NCBI GenBank assembly: GCA_976551045.1
Contig: CDPCPM010000196.1
Coordinates: 5,146,001 to 5,210,000 of the forward strand
Source: Glaucostegus cemiculus
Lineage: Eukaryota
DNA length: 64,000 nucleotides
Direction: 5' to 3'
Positions 30,098-45,373 of the stretch are shown here, one piece after another (positions within the stretch are counted from its first letter, which is position 1; every line of letters begins with the position of its first letter). A model generated the notes under the pieces. The model was not told the DNA's origin. It ran no database searches and saw only the letters and a list, made by a program, of their open reading frames with translations. Position numbers and translations under genes: made by a program.

Positions 30098-33000
30098 CAA
30101 TGCTCAGTTTTTTTCAGCATTCCTTTGGCAAAGCAATTTTGGTATTTGTTTGCTTTCGTTTCCACAGGTAACCAGTATACTTATACCAGGATGCCGCAGG
30201 GATTTAAGCATTCACCGCATATTTTTAATCAGGTATTGAAGGCAGATTTAGTAGTTATACCATTGGAAAGTACACTGATAAAGTATGTGGATGATTTGTA
30301 GGTTCGCTCTGAAATCGAGGAGCAGTGCGAGCGGGATACTCTGGCTTTGTTAGAAAGATTGGTATGTGGAGGTTATGAAGTATCCAGAATAAAAGCTGCA
30401 GTTTTGTAAACGGCAAGTAGAATATTTGGACAGATTACTATCTAAAGGTGTAAAGTCGATAGCACCGGATCAAGTTGCGTCGATAACTAAGGCTCCTAAA
30501 CCTCACACAGTAGGACAGATGATGACATTTTTGGAAATGGCAGGATACAGTTCAGACTGGTTTGGAGAATATGAAATTGTGACACCTTTGAGGAAAATGA
30601 TGCAGGAAACCGGACATGCAGATTTGAAGAGTGTTTTGCAAAGGAATGACGAGGCAGGAATAGCTTTCAACACCCTTAATCAGAAATTGCAGTCAGCCCC
30701 AGGGCTAGCCTTGCCTGATTATGAGCAGGTTTTTCATCTTCATGTATCGAACAGACAGGAAGATTATGTTGCATCAGTACTGGCGCAAGAGACAGGCATA
30801 GGGAGACTAAACCAGTCAATAGCAATTTAAAATGCGAGACTGGATGAGGTGGCACAGGAAAATCCGCCTTGTTATTAGGGACTGGCAGCATTGCATTTTG
30901 CTTATGAGAAAGCATCGTCTGTGACTATGGACATTTTTGTAAACGCATCATAAGGTAGCAGAATTGTTGGATAAGTGAAAATTTGTACTAACGCCAGCCA
31001 GGATAATTGCATTTCAGATATTTTTAACATTTCCAGATATAACTATACAAAGGTGTAGCACTAGTAATATTGCAGATTATGTTCAAATGGGTTATGAAGG
31101 AGAGCCCCATGAGTGTGTAATGGAGACGATGATATTTGCTTAATTAAGAGCACACTTAGAGTCAAAACCGTTGGAGGATGAAGATAAAAAAAGATTTTGT
31201 TTGTGGATGGCTCTTGCTGCAAGGACCATGGAGGAAACCACACAGAGTTTTCCGTGGTGCAGCAGGGTCAGCCTCAGTTTAAAACGGTTAGACCGGAAGC
31301 TTGTCTGCAACCACGTTCATCCCGGTTAGCAGAGATTAAGGCTCTAACAGCACCATGTGAGATAGAGGTTTAGAAAGTTGATAACGATACAGATTCAGCA
31401 TATGCTCATGGAGTATGTCATTTGTCTGGAGCAGTATGGAAGCAAAGAGATTTTAAGAAAAACAATGGAGATTCTATATCGTATTGTCAGCAAATTTTAG
31501 ATTTGATAACAGCAATGAGGAAACATAGAATGTTGACTATTTTAAAGTGTCAGGCGAAAAAAATGGAAGTGACATGGTGACAAAGGGAAATCAGGCCGCA
31601 GATGAAGCAGCCAGGAAAGCCTCTCGATGTCGTTTGGTTGTTATTGCATCTCAGGTGGGTCTGGGTCCAGAATCCCAAATGGAGAACATAATTGAAATAC
31701 AAGGTAAGGAACAAACAACGTGGAGACAAAGAGGAGCTATGTGAAACCAAGAAGGTCTGTGGAGCACAGATAATGGTTTGTTGGCAACACCTACCTCTTT
31801 GTTGACTACCCTCATTTCAGAGGTACATGGGTTGGATCATTCTGCAAGGGGGAGAGGTTAAACAAATCACAATGGGTGTGGGTATAGCATTGCTTATGTC
31901 TACACTCATTTTATAATGCTTCCTTCCACACTTTAAGTCCCTTCTACTGCGCGCCAAAGTGAAACAGTTTCCGATGCTCCTGGCGATGACTGTGTCAAAC
32001 CCGCAGGGAAGGAAGTCGCAACAACATACTTCTATGATCTGACTCCAGGAAATGTGCTCAATGATGACCACAACACTACAGATGACAACTATGCTTATGT
32101 TAGGGATAATTCTGTGAGGGCCGCAAGGTCCTTTTCCGCGTCTCAGTTACGGAGGGATGGGTTTTTGGACCTCAGGCTCAGGCCATAGAGAGTGGATTCA
32201 TGAGGCCTGGACACAAAAAGTACATTCTACCCATTTTTGGAATGATTGGCTTTAGTATTTGGGTGTCGTGTCCTATCAATTCTTTCTCTATGTCAGACCG
32301 TGGAACGCTCAAGGCGTGGGGGGGGGGGTGGGTGGTGGCGGGATTATATAGAATATGGAGAGTAGAAAATTGAGTCTGTAAACGTGTTTATTCATTAATT
32401 ATTGGGTGTCTAAGATGGCCACTGGTGTTCCTGAGATGGCTGCTGTACTTTTTTGTCAGCCCAAGCGCGTGGAACTCAGTGCAGAGACATAAAGCTCATT
32501 AAACAAATGGACAGTTCAGGAAAACACTTTTGATCTAAGGTAGCTAATTTAAAAGATCGGAAGCACATGTCTAGGAAGAGAGTATTCTGCTTTATTCTGC
32601 AGCTAATGATTTCATAGCAGCTAGTAGTTTTGATAACTAAGAGCTTGGTGCCAACAAGTCTCAGGACTCAGAAGAGATAGTGACACTCTTTTGATGTTTT
32701 ATAAAGAATAGCCTCGTAGCTAAGAAGGTTTAATACTGCTAATAATTGGATTGGAGAATAACTAAGTTTAGAAACTATGTACTCCCAAGATGTTCGCAGG
32801 TAATTGGGGCACCCTGTGTTTGAGTCACGAAATGCCACGGATAGGAGACAAATGGTTAAAGAATGAAGCCACAAAGATAACAGAGAACATGGTGGGTTGT
32901 GAGGATGTGATTGAACTATGAAAGATATATTATCATTAGAAAATTGCCCAGTACCGATTTAAAAACTGCATGTAGTAATTAGACTAAGAAATAACTCTAG

Positions 33001-33285
33001 CGCAGTTACAATTATGATAAAAGTAGACTAGAGGTAAAATGAAAGCAATTATGTGAGCTAAGGAATGCAGAGTTTACAGCTAGGTGTCACTTTGTGATTG
33101 AAATTGGTGCGATTGATTGTATGACTAAGCTGGTGAGGAAAATAAAAAGAGCTTGTAAGCCGTTGTTCGGGGGCACTTGGCGAAAGGGTTCAGCGAGTGT
33201 CTCAGCTTTTGTTTGCATATAAAAGTTTAACTACTTGACGAATCTTCTGCGTCTCCTGGTCAATTGATTCTCGGGAAACCACAAC
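30098..33285 (+). mobile_element. Degenerate, internally deleted class I ERV (RT, RNase H, integrase start, env remnant, 3' LTR)
   Basis: FFSIPL…QYTYTRMPQGFKHSPHIF…KYVDDL; KLQFCKRQVEYL; SAPGLALPDY; FVDGSC; AEIKAL; TDSAYAHGV; GNQAADEAA; many stops and frameshifts. Confidence 0.88.
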
Positions 33286-34239
33286 GATGGTCGCAAATGT
33301 TGTGGCTTTATTCAACAAGCGCAAAGGGGACAATAGAAGAAATTGCAGGCCGGTGAGTCACTCATCAGCAGTAGGGAACCTAATGGGGACTGGTGGATTC
33401 GCACACATTTGGTAAAACATGGATTGATTATGGACAGTCAGCATGGCTTTGTACGTAGCAGGATAGGTCTAACAAAAGTGCCTGAGTTTTTCCTGGAGAT
33501 GAGCCAGGTGATTCATGTGATTACAGCAGTGGATTGACTGCACAGAATTTCGGAAGGCATTTGACAAGGTCAAGTATGGTGGACTGATCCGGGAGATTAA
33601 GATGCATGATGTTCATCGTCACATGGCAGCTTGGACTGAGAATGGACTTGCCCATAATAGACAGAGAATACTGGTGGAAGTGTGCTATTCTGACTGGATG
33701 ATTGTGGTAAGTGGTGCTTCAAAGGGATCGCTGCTGGATCCGTTTATGATATCAGTTGGATGAAACTGTAGATGGATGAGTTGCTAAGTGTACAGACGAT
33801 AGAAAAACGGGTAGAAATGTACACAGTAAAATGATAGAGCAGAATATTGATCAGTTACGGATAGGGGAGGAGAAATAAGAGATGGAGATTAATCTGAGTA
33901 ACTGTCAGGTGTTGAATTTTCTGGAGGGGACGGGTGTCAAATGTAAGGGAAAACAGAAATAATAGCAGGACATTTAACTGCATTGATTTACAGAGAGAGA
34001 TTTACATTGTAAATTATTGTTCTCTCTGCTTACTGAGGTGGGAGTAGTTGCGCAGTTGCCATTATTAGCAACATCAGACGAGATCTGACTTTTTCTTTGT
34101 TTGTTTAAATGACTGTCACTAAGCCCAACCATTTTGTGTCAGTTATTTATCACACGGATTCTCTCGAGTATATCTTGCAAACTTACAAAGACATAAAACT
34201 CCTCATGCGACTGACAGAAACCCAGGTTTCTCTTCCAGC

Positions 34240-36206
34240 ATGGAAAAGCCGGTACTAATTCAGACAGAACTTATTTACTACCCTATCCTTGCCACAGTCA
34301 GCGTACCTGGTGAGCCTCCTATTATTTTCTGTCAAAGTTTCACTGTGTAGCTTCTAATTTTAAATGTATTTCTGCTATTTGCATTAAGTTTGATTGACAC
34401 ATACGAATGACTGGTTTTGAAATCTAACCGACGTACACCGAAGTAAAATGACTTCGACAGTGTTGAAAGACAACAGCAATTAACCTGACATGACTCAGTA
34501 TTTTGGGCGCCAGTAACGGCTGCAATGGCAGGTCGTGCCTCAGCGAGAAGTGCCAAAGCGGATAGATTAGCTCAATTAGATGTCCATGGGATTGAGGAGG
34601 CTGAGAAGGGCAAGGAATTTTAACTTTATAATAATTTCGGCTAGTCGGGAGAAACGGAAGAGCGGCTGCTACTCCACTAAAATGTCCTAGGTAACTGAAG
34701 GACAGCAGGTCACCCACAGAGTTAACGAACTGCGCGCAGATCCTCAGCCGTATGATATATAAGATTAATTGGAAATATATCCGCATGTTGAATTAAATCT
34801 GGGGATTCCTTTCAAATTTTAAGGATGGTCAAATTTTCAAAAAATATTCACCGTATTTCAACTGGCGCACACTTCTTCAGGTTCTCGCATGAAAGCTGAT
34901 GCGCATTTCTTACTATGAAGTGACAGGAAGTTGAACAATATGATATGACGCTTGAGACTGATTAGCGTAGCAGCCTCTATGCTTAACAGTCGACATTCCG
35001 CTCTATTCAAGTGAATGGTGCCTGATTTGATTGAGCTGTGAGACTTCCATACCACCGATAGTTGCTCCATTCGAATGTTCCGGCCTAGTTTAGCCATGCA
35101 CTGTAGGATTTTGTTCATCACTATTTCTGACAAGAAACAATACAGCTTGTCTTACAGAATCATGCGCACCTCGTCAGTACGAGGAAAAGAAGTCTGGTTC
35201 GGAGTCGAATAATCCACTTAATTTCATGCGAAGAGCAGCCAGCACACCTCTTTGCAAGACCAATTAATGGTGGTAAATAATAACATATATCTTTTTTACC
35301 TGCAGCAAATTTCTTAGCCATCGTCATTCTGTTCCGTGGAAAATGTGGGCTCTCCAAATGCATCACCATTGTATGGTGTCAATGGCCATAACTGATTTAC
35401 TGGTTCTGGTGTTTCAGATAATTCTGTATGAGTTTAAGGATGGCTATTTCCCTAATTCGTTCCTGAATATAACTCCAGTTTGTAGTCTGCACCATGCCCT
35501 CATTCTTTTCTCCATGCATTGCTCTGTGTGGCTAACGGTGGCCTTCACCTTCGATCGATACATCACCATTTGTTGTCATAACCTACGGTCAAAATACTGC
35601 ACAGAAAAAACTGCGATTCGGGTGATATCAGTGGTTCTTGTCATAAGTATTTTCGAAAATATCCCAGTTTATTTCTCTTCATGCCTTGGAAAATAATTGA
35701 CAACGTAGCTTGGTACTGTATTCTGAAATCGGAATTCTACACCTCACCTCTCTGGGTCGCATTTTGGTGGTTTGAAACTATTTGTAGCCCATTTGCACCA
35801 TTTCTGCTGATCATGCTGCTCAATAGTCTGACAATTAAGCATATACAAGCCAACAGAGTGCGGAGCGGACTCCGAGGGAGCAAGAATAATGAGAGTTCCA
35901 TAGATAAAGAGGTGGAGAACCGGAGGAAGTCAATCATAACTCGCTGTATCTGGCAGCTTCCTCCTACTGTGGACGGTAAATTTCGCGAGCTACATTACTG
36001 TACAGTTCGCAGATGCTCCGTCTTTTGATACAAACTACAACGAACCATTTACCATTGCAAACGAAACAGGATATATGCTGAGGTGTTTGAGTACTTGCAC
36101 GAACACGTTTATTTACGCGGTGTTTCAGACAAAATTCAGGGAGGAATTAAAACATATGATTTCGAGCCCTTTCCTTTGCTTGAATAATTCCATAAAGATC
36201 TGCTAA
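34240..36206 (+). pseudogene. GPR139-like GPCR pseudogene, copy B; exon 1 34240-34309, exon 2 35306-36206
   Basis: Same structure and two frameshifts as copy A plus a net 5-bp deletion at ~35937 before TM6. Confidence 0.9.
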
Positions 36207-39200
36207 AGTCACAGTGAAAAAAAGTTCGTTTCAATGAGACTCTTCAAGTGCATATTATTTATTGCATCCCACTCTCACCGAGTTAGGAGTCCATTCGAAC
36301 CATTGAGTCGAGAACAACTGTCAGAAGAATCACCCACCCCTCTCCCCTCTTTTCCACTCATCTGGCCCTCTACCTTTTTTATTCTAAAACCGGTCAACGG
36401 CCCAGAAATTTACCCATTGTCCGCCCACACCAGTTGCAATTCACAGCGATGAATCAATCAAGTACTTTCAATATTTGGTATGTGCGAGGATAGTTGGAAT
36501 ACCCAGAAGAAACCGAAGTGGTCACAGTAAGGATATTCAGTTTCCACGCAAACTGTACTGGAACTAATGCTAAGAGGCTACCACATTGCCTCGCATCACT
36601 GCAAACCCACAGAATTTCATTGTGTAAAATTACGTTTGGGACATATTTTCATCTTAGAAGAACTACTGACCGGCCGGGATTGCTCTCCACTGAAGTGTTT
36701 GCTTTCATCATGAATAAAATCTAAGAAATTCAATGAAAGTATGTTTATCTGTTCTGTCCTGCTGGTTGCATTCTTTATTCCATTTTTTATGTTCGTTTCA
36801 AATTAAGAGTTTTTCCCAACAATATCAATGCAATTTTAAATATATTTGAACATCAGAACATTTCGACAATGCCAGCTGCCACCAGTGCGTTCCACCTCAG
36901 GCGCTGCCTCCTTTCGACACATGGCCATGTGCGGCCCTTCCGCTTCATGTGTTGGTGTGCAGAGGAGCAGCAGGTTGGCGTGCACTGCGTGTCAGTGCAG
37001 GGTCGGAAAGAGGGTCAGACGAAGCAGGGTTTTGTCCAATAGCATCATAACCTACAATGTGTGAATATTCTGAAATGTTGCTCCTGCTAATCAAGATTGT
37101 TGGCCCGTGTTCAGCAAAACCTAGCAGAGATGTTTTGGATATTTACAGCTTAAGGGTGTATTCTTTCCAGGAAAATCAATGGGAGTTCTGCGAACTGAAA
37201 TGCCAAAGAATGGCTTGTTAATGACTTCTCCAATTTTAATCAACGTAACTGTTGATTCAATTTCACAAACAACATATATTCACTGGAAAGATTCGAATGC
37301 AATTTGGTGCATTAGTTGAGAAATGGAATCTTATGTTCGGACTGACGTGGACAATGCTCACACAAATAAAGTGCAAATTAAAGTGAAGTAGTTATTTCGG
37401 TTTTTTTAAAACAAACAATGGGCAATATTTGCTGTTAACTGCTTGAGCGGTACCTGTACCTCAAGTAAGTCGCTTCGTGGATATTGCTGTGTTAAATCTA
37501 CTGCTATTAATACACGATCAGTACGTGTCCTTCTTTCAGCTACCATTTTAACCTGAAATGGCATGACCGCCAGGACAATTGATGTCATAATGTATTAGAA
37601 AGGAGGACAGGTGTACCCGCTGCCTCACAGCTCAAGGGTCACAGTTTCAATGCTGTCCTGTGCGGTGTTCGGCGTGGAGATTCCATGTTCTCCCTGTAAC
37701 CTCGTTGGTTCTCTCGATGATTCCTTTATTCTGCCTCATCGAAAGTCCACAGCAAATTACCCTTTATGTGCTGTTGAGTGGTATGATCTGGGTTCAGTTG
37801 ATAGGAATGGGCAGATTCATGAATGAGGGTTAGAAATTCCAATCGATTTGTGATAAATGAAGACAGTTGGAAAACAGAACCTGTGGCTTCAACGGGATGC
37901 CGACAGTAAATACAGCTCCAGACTGCGCCTGACGAGGTGGAGAGTTAGAGAGCCTGATAATCAAAGCTTTATACACCTCAGAAAGACGCTTCAGGTCATC
38001 ACGCCCAGGCCTTTTCAAGTACCTCTGAATCATCTGAACAGTACCTGATCCCACCATCTCTTTTGGAAGCACATTCAAGATATCTTCCATTCTCGGTGTT
38101 AAAACAAATCCCCAAGTTCCCCTTTCAGACTCCTTCATCTGGTCAGAAACCTGTGCCATGCAGTTTGTGACAGATCCATTGTGGGATTGTCAACTGGTAG
38201 ATTGTTGAAGAGAGTGGCTTGAAATTTTCTGTCATCTTTAGAGGATTTTTGTTCTAAAAGACATACATCAACATGAAAAAGCAAGGACTGGGTGGTGATC
38301 AGTTTACTGGGAAGTCTCCTAAAATTCGGCATCAGGTATACAGACAACTCGCAGGATAGTTGTGACGGATTTCATCATCACTGGTATTAATTGGGATTGA
38401 GTTGGTGTGAAATATGTAGATATTCCAAATGGAGAGATTACATTCCTGAAGGTAATCTCATGAACTGTAGCATGTGAATGAGGAAGAATATTCGGAAATA
38501 GTCGCCATAACTCTGTAAATTCTGGAACAATCTACATCTGTTCTTGAGTAAGTCCACATCTGTCATATGGAACCTGTGAAAGAGAAGCTGATGAGGATTC
38601 AGGACCACCATGTTGATATTGGATTAGAAAATAACGATGGCAATGTAGAAGAACCTTGGATGACAGGAGGTAAGTTAAACCGAGTCAAAAAAAAGGTACA
38701 CATTCATAAGACGAAGGAAGCTGACAAAGGACAAAGCCCATGAGGAAAATAAAAGAAACAAGAAAGATCTGGAACGAAGAATCAGGTGGCTGCAAGAGCC
38801 ATAATATGTACCTGGCAAGTGGAAGTAAATAAAATTCCAGGTCATTTTAACATATATTATAAACAAGAAGATAGCCAGCGAAAGAGAGGCTCAATCGAGG
38901 TCAAAGGAGTTAAATTGTGCCGGAGACAGACAAGTTAGCGAGATACCAAATGGGTGTTCAAATCAGTACTCACCATGGAGAACAATGTGAATGATAGTGG
39001 GATCAGGGAGAGGTATGTTATATTTTTGGTAATGCTGCTATTCGGAAGAAGGACGTGCTGGGTCACTTCAATGACCTTAAAGTGGATAGGTCCCCGCGGC
39101 CTGAATGTATCTCTCTCAGAATAGCGATGGAAACAAGGCAAAACATTATTGCTACCACTGTAAGATTCACTAGGCTATCATTTACTGGGTGACCCCCAAG

Positions 39201-42200
39201 GTTGTCTAAAAATAGGGGAAAGGCATTAGCTATTCTCTAGTGTTCTAGTAAATCAGCTGCGTCAAACAAACATAGAAAGATCTTCGACAGAGCATGAGCT
39301 ACGTTTTTTTTTGTTTCAGATTCCAGCATCTGTGGCATTTGTATATGCTGGGGGAGTTCATCGATGTTGATTTTCTTTTTGTGACACAGTTCAGTATATT
39401 TGGGCGATGTAGAATTGTGTAATATGTAGAAAATCTCTGTACATGGATCATTACTGATGTTATTTTTTTTCAGTTGAGGCATCTCATTAAGTACCACTTG
39501 AACTATGTATTATTTGGTTCATCAAAACTGCTGAGAGGCACAACAGGAAACTTCGAGATGTTCCTTATATCTTGAAGAAGTCTCCATCCATCACGTCTCC
39601 TGTCAACGTCAACAGGTTTCCTATTCACTGAGGGAGCAGCGCTGTCATTCTGAAGACCAAACAGCGGTTTCTCTTGATATTCCAGTAATTTATTCTGATA
39701 AGTCAGAGGAAGGCGGTTCAAAACAGATGTGACACTGTTGAACCACTGAGAATGAAAATTAAATCAAAATCAAGTGAAAATATACCAACATTTGAAATAG
39801 ATCCAAAACTACCATCTCTCTCCCTGCATTTAGGGAAGACACCATAACCAAAAATACATTAAATGGTTACAGAACATCAATAAACAATTCAACCAGTCGA
39901 ATTTATACCTGCAATCAATAACTTTAGGAGTATTACATTTCTTCTTCAATATGGAAAAAATACTTTTCACTTTTACTCTCTATTTCCTGATAGCTAACCA
40001 ATTTAGCCATTTCGACTGCATTTATCGCATAGGCGTTTCTTCATGTCAACAATGATACACACTTTCCGAAGTGAGTTCGCCATGACTGCCTGCTACTAAG
40101 TTAAGTCAAATCGAGCCGTGTTGTTTGAATGTGAACAACTACGGTGAAGTAAGTGCACAGTGAAAAACTTGCTAGCAGCAGCATTACAGGCAAACCGTTT
40201 CAAACTAGTCACAGAATATAAACCGTACATAACTTTTGCAGAATCAATCCATAGTCGTGTACGTGAGGGCAAATACTGTACTTGATTATTTTTCCAGAAT
40301 GTTTCTGCCACCAGCCTGAAACAGATGGTTCTTCCATTATTGAGTGTACCTATGCGCACCTTCTTTGCAAAAGTCTGTAACATTTGCATTTCTCCAGTCC
40401 TCAGGAACAATCCATGGATCTGCAGATGTGTACATGAGTGCACCAAGGCCATTTTGGTGTTATACAAACTGACTTCAGCCGTGCTTCAGTTTCGCATTTT
40501 GAATCAGGAGTGCGAATTCAATACAAATACCGGGGCATGGCTCCCGAGTAAACCATTAATGATCAACGAAATCAGAGAAATGTGAGTTACAGGGTCCGAA
40601 TTTCGAGGCGAGTATTTAAATGCCCTTAATTCCAGCCTCTTTGAATGTGAAATAATGATTTTCCATGTGTTCAACTTACTGTATCAGACAATATTCATCA
40701 ATATTGCCACTGTGATTTGCTTTCAAAACAGAAGGAATAACTTCGCAGAAATGCACTTGAAATTAACCAAATGAGGCTTTAACTAACATTTGTCAATATT
40801 TTCCAAGAAATCTGAAATATTTATGCAGCTGCACAGCCTTACCATGAAAACATTCATCATATGAAAACTGTTTTGTCAAATATATGAAACGTTTGACCCA
40901 CAATGTCAAATTCCTTTATTTTCACCTTCTACATACTTGCCAAATTCTCCAGTCACATGCGATTGTCTGTATATATTTCGGTTTTTATCTGATACTTCTT
41001 TCATCTTATGCAACAAACTGAATTCCCAAACTTCAAGATTTATGAACAGATTATCCCCCTTCGCCATGAGATTTCTGAACAGTTCATGAAACCGTGAACA
41101 CAACCTCATTATTCCTTTCCTTGCACTATTTATGCATGTTAACATTTGTTGTATTTTTTATGACTTTGCTTTATACTACTACCAAAACCAACAAATCTTA
41201 CGTCATGTCAGTCAGTGTTAAAACGTCTGAATCAGATTCTGATCTCACGGAAAGCGTCACGTGTTTATTACTTAATCCTTTGATAGGCTGTGGTCATGGA
41301 TACAAATTGCGATGCATTTTGCATTAACGGAAAAAAGGTGATCGATGGTCACTGTGGATGGTGGGCCGTAAGGACTCTTTCCCTGCTGATTCTATTAATC
41401 TGTGAGTCGCCAAATGCCTTGATATTGCATCCCGCTTGTTCTTTTCCCTCATTGAAACAGGTGCACTGCGGATCACTGTGACAAGGTCTTCTGTAGTAAA
41501 TAACCTGCTCCAGCTGTTCAAAGCCATGGCCTTGATGAGCGAGATAAGCGTTAAATACAACCTGGTAGGTTAATACTCGATGCGGAAATTAACTAAAGCT
41601 CAAGACTGGCTCTGACGAGGAGGTCAGTCAGAGACGTATCGAGCGATAGTGTTGGATAGCACAGATGATGCCCTTCAGCCCAACCCATCCATGGCAACAT
41701 TTTGGCCAACCTCCACTCAATGAATTTTTCTCAATTAGGAGAACATCCTCCCATACCTTACCTATTAAAAGACCTTTCTAAATCCCTCTGAAGCACATTA
41801 ATTTTAGCTGATTCCGCCCCCTCCGTTGGAGCAGGTTCCACATCCAATCCATTCGCTCTCTGAAATCAAATATCCCACGGTTCCCTTGAAAAGTCATTCC
41901 CCTAATATTAAATCTATGTCCGATAGATTCTTTCAAGTCGATCGTGGGAATGGAATGTACGATTCGTTTTGAATGCGCAGGATGGTAACTTCCCGATAAT
42001 CTTTAGTGGGTTTTTACCTTAAAATTAATACATCGGCATGAAAACACAAGGAGTAGGGTAGTGATCACTCTGCTGGAAGGTACTTCCAATGTCAGCAGCA
42101 GATATGCAGTCAACTCGCAGGATAATAGTGGTAGATTTCATCCTCCTCGATATTAATAGTGACTGCGTTGCTGTGCAAGCCTCGGCATGAGTGGAATTTT

Positions 42201-43550
42201 AAAACGAATCCAGGAGATCTTTTGAGCCAGTCGATAGGTAGTCCAACTGATGAAATTGGATTGCTGAACTAATCTTATGGAATGTAGCTGAGTAACTGGT
42301 TCGATTGTCAGTGGGGGAGAATTTCGGTGTCAGTCAGCATACCTGTGTAACATATTGGGCAAATACGCACTTGTTATTAGGTGAGTCCACATCTAACATG
42401 TTTGAGTCTTTTACAGATGTTGTTTTGGATTCATGTCCAGCCTGTTGAAAGAAAGGTGAAAGGCAAGGATGGCAATGTTCATGAACTTTGGATGACGGGA
42501 GATAACTTAGGTTTAGTCAAAAGAAAACTGAAACATTTGTCAGATCAAGGAAACTGAGAATGGCAAAGGTGCCAGAGAAATACAAATGCAGCAGTAAAAC
42601 ATTGAAACAAAAAATGTGGAGAGCGACAGGGGTCATGGAATGCCCTTAGCAAGTGGGAGTTAGTAAAATCTCGATGCAGTTTATTCATATCTAATAAAAT
42701 GGTACCTAGAAAGAGAAAAGGAGGTTCAAACAAGAACATTAGAAAGACATTATACCAGGACAAGTGGGCGCCGTATTTAATGGATATTCAGAAGGAGAAG
42801 GACGTGGATGACAGTGATAGCACGAAGGGTGCGTTGATATTCTCTGGCATGCTTTAGTAGGAAAGAGTATGTGCCGTGTCTCTCAAAAACGTGAAGAACT
42901 ATAGGTCCCCGGGGCCTGATGAGATCTATCCTAAGATAACGAAGGGAGCATTGCTTGAGATTGCTGAGCCTTGGCCAGAACTGTCCTTCGGAGTGGGTTC
43001 CAATGTTATCTCTACCAATGTAAGGCTCACCGGCCTGCTGTTTCTGGTTTATCCCTGATTACCTTTTCAATTCAGGAAGCACTACTCTGCAGTTTTCTGG
43101 CGTATCAGCCAAGTCGAACAAAGATGGAACAATTTGCGAGTAAAATGTAGTCAGAATTTTACAAAATCCGCATGTTCCACGATGGAACAGATAAGACACC
43201 CTCTATCTCTGAAGATCTCCGCTGCTTTATTCCGAAGTATCTGCCACCCCGAGGGCATTCGATACATGGACGCCCAAGGAAATATCTGCTTTCCAGTACA
43301 GCTCAACGACTAAGTGACTCCACTTGATTGCTCCAAAAATCCACACATAGATTGCGGTAACAGACACAGCTATTGTTTTACATCCATTGATACAGAGTCC
43401 AGCAGTCAGAGGCCATCTCTTTCTCTCTCACACTCTCTCTCTCTCCTCTCTCTCTCTCGCTCTATCTATCTCTCTCGCTCTCTCTTCGACTTTGTTTCCA
43501 AACAACCAGTACGCTCCAGTCATAGTCTTGCTCTCTTGAAGATTAGACAA

Positions 43551-43586
<36 letters not shown>

Positions 43587-44009
43587 CTCTACAGTCCAGT
43601 TGCCTTAAAGGGACATTCACCGAGTATCAACCTGGATCGTTACACTTCTCATTACAATATTTGCAGAAATAGATGGAAAGTCGACAAAATAACCTTCAGA
43701 GAAAATGTGTTGATTTTTTTTTAATGAAATCTGAAGCATTTCACCAGCTGAAGACCCAGAGTAAGGGCAGCAATCTTCATCTGAAAAGTGTTTGGTGTAA
43801 AATTGACAAACGTTTGAAGGACAATCTCGAATTCCTTGCTTTTCGCCTTCACTTATCATCTTCCAGACAGTCCATTTTCGGAAGCATTCCAAATTGTCCA
43901 GATGTATGCGTTTGTCTGCATATATTTCGGTGTTTATTTCACTCTTCCTCCATCTTCAACAGGAGACCAAAAACACAAGCTCAACGATTTGGCAACAGAT
44001 TCTTATCCT

Positions 44010-45373
44010 AGTCCACCGATGATGCAGTCTCCTCTGCCATGCACTCTGCACTACATCACTTAGAGAAGAAGGACTCATACTGCCGACTGCTATTCATCGA
44101 CTTCAGCTCCGCTTTCTATACCATCATCCCGCAACAGCTTATCAGGAATTTGAGCGCTCTGGGCATTAAGTCTCCTCTCTGCAACTGGATACTGGATTTT
44201 CTAACTTGCAGGCAGCAGTCAGTCAAAATTGGTGAAAACACCTCAAGCACCATCACACTGAGCACTGCCTCCCCTCAGGGTTGTGTGCTCAGACCGCTCC
44301 TGTTCACCTTGTTGACCCACGACTGTGAGGCCAGATTCAGCTCCAACCGCACTGTTAAATTTGGCGATGACACGACAGTGGTGTGTCTTGTCACGGATGA
44401 CGATGAGTCGGACTATAGAGAGGAGGTGAACCAACTAGCCGTGTGGTGCCATGACAACAACCTCTCCTTGAATGTGGATAAAACCAAGGCGATGATAGTG
44501 GATTTTAGGAGGGGTCATCGTGTGCACGCCCCGGCTGACCATCAACGGGTCTGCTGTGGAAGAAGTACGCAGCACCAAGTTCCTGGGGGTGCACATCACC
44601 GACGACCTGACCTGGTCCACTAACATTACGGCCCTCACGAAGAAGGCTCAGAAACGCCTCTACTTCCTGCGGAGACTGAGGAAAGCGTACCCACATCCCT
44701 CAGTCATGAAATCCTTCTACAGGGGGACCATTGAGAGCATCCTAACTCAATGTATCACTGTTTTGTTTGGAAGCTGCTCAGCTGCTGGGCGGAAGTCCCT
44801 CCAGAAGATACTTAGGGCTGCGGAGTGGATCATCGGTGTCTCGCTTCCATCCCTCGCAGACATATACAAAGACCGTTGTGTGAGGAAGACAAAAAGCATA
44901 ATGGCCGACCCTTCTCACCCCTCACACCACCTCTTCACAATTTTGCCATCAGGGAGGAGGCTTAAATGTATCAGGGCAAGAAGGTCCAGGCTGAACAATA
45001 GCTTCTTTCCGCAAGCCATCAGAACTGCAAACTCTCTCATCCCTCCATCTTCCTTTGATAACAGTAAGAGATGCGAGGTGCACATAAATGCATCAGCACT
45101 TTAAATGCCCGACACCAGCCCGTTCACTTTAAGAACAATTTATTTATTTACTGGCCATTTTTAATTTAATCTGCGTAATAATTTAATTTCAATCTCCATA
45201 GCTTCTAATGTGTAATGTTTTGTACTGTGTATTCTGCCAAGTGTGTATGTGTCTCTCTGTTGGTTGTTATGTTATTTTTTTGTGGGACGAGCACCTGAGG
45301 AGGACGGTATCTCGCTGCTATGCATACTATGTGTGTATATGATTGTGACAATGAACTGATTCTGATTCTGATT
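44010..45373 (+). mobile_element. Rex1/Babar LINE, copy B
   Basis: Translations identical to 24013-25376 at offset 19,997. Confidence 0.9.

Larger units (their letters stand above)
1..31533 (+). repeat. ~20-kb tandem unit, copy A (20,014 bp plus 11,519 bp of L1/Gypsy insertion and TSD)
   Basis: Position 1 (tgactattttaaagtgtcag) recurs at 31534 and 51531; the ORF track repeats with constant offsets; unit phase is arbitrary (window start). Confidence 0.95.
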
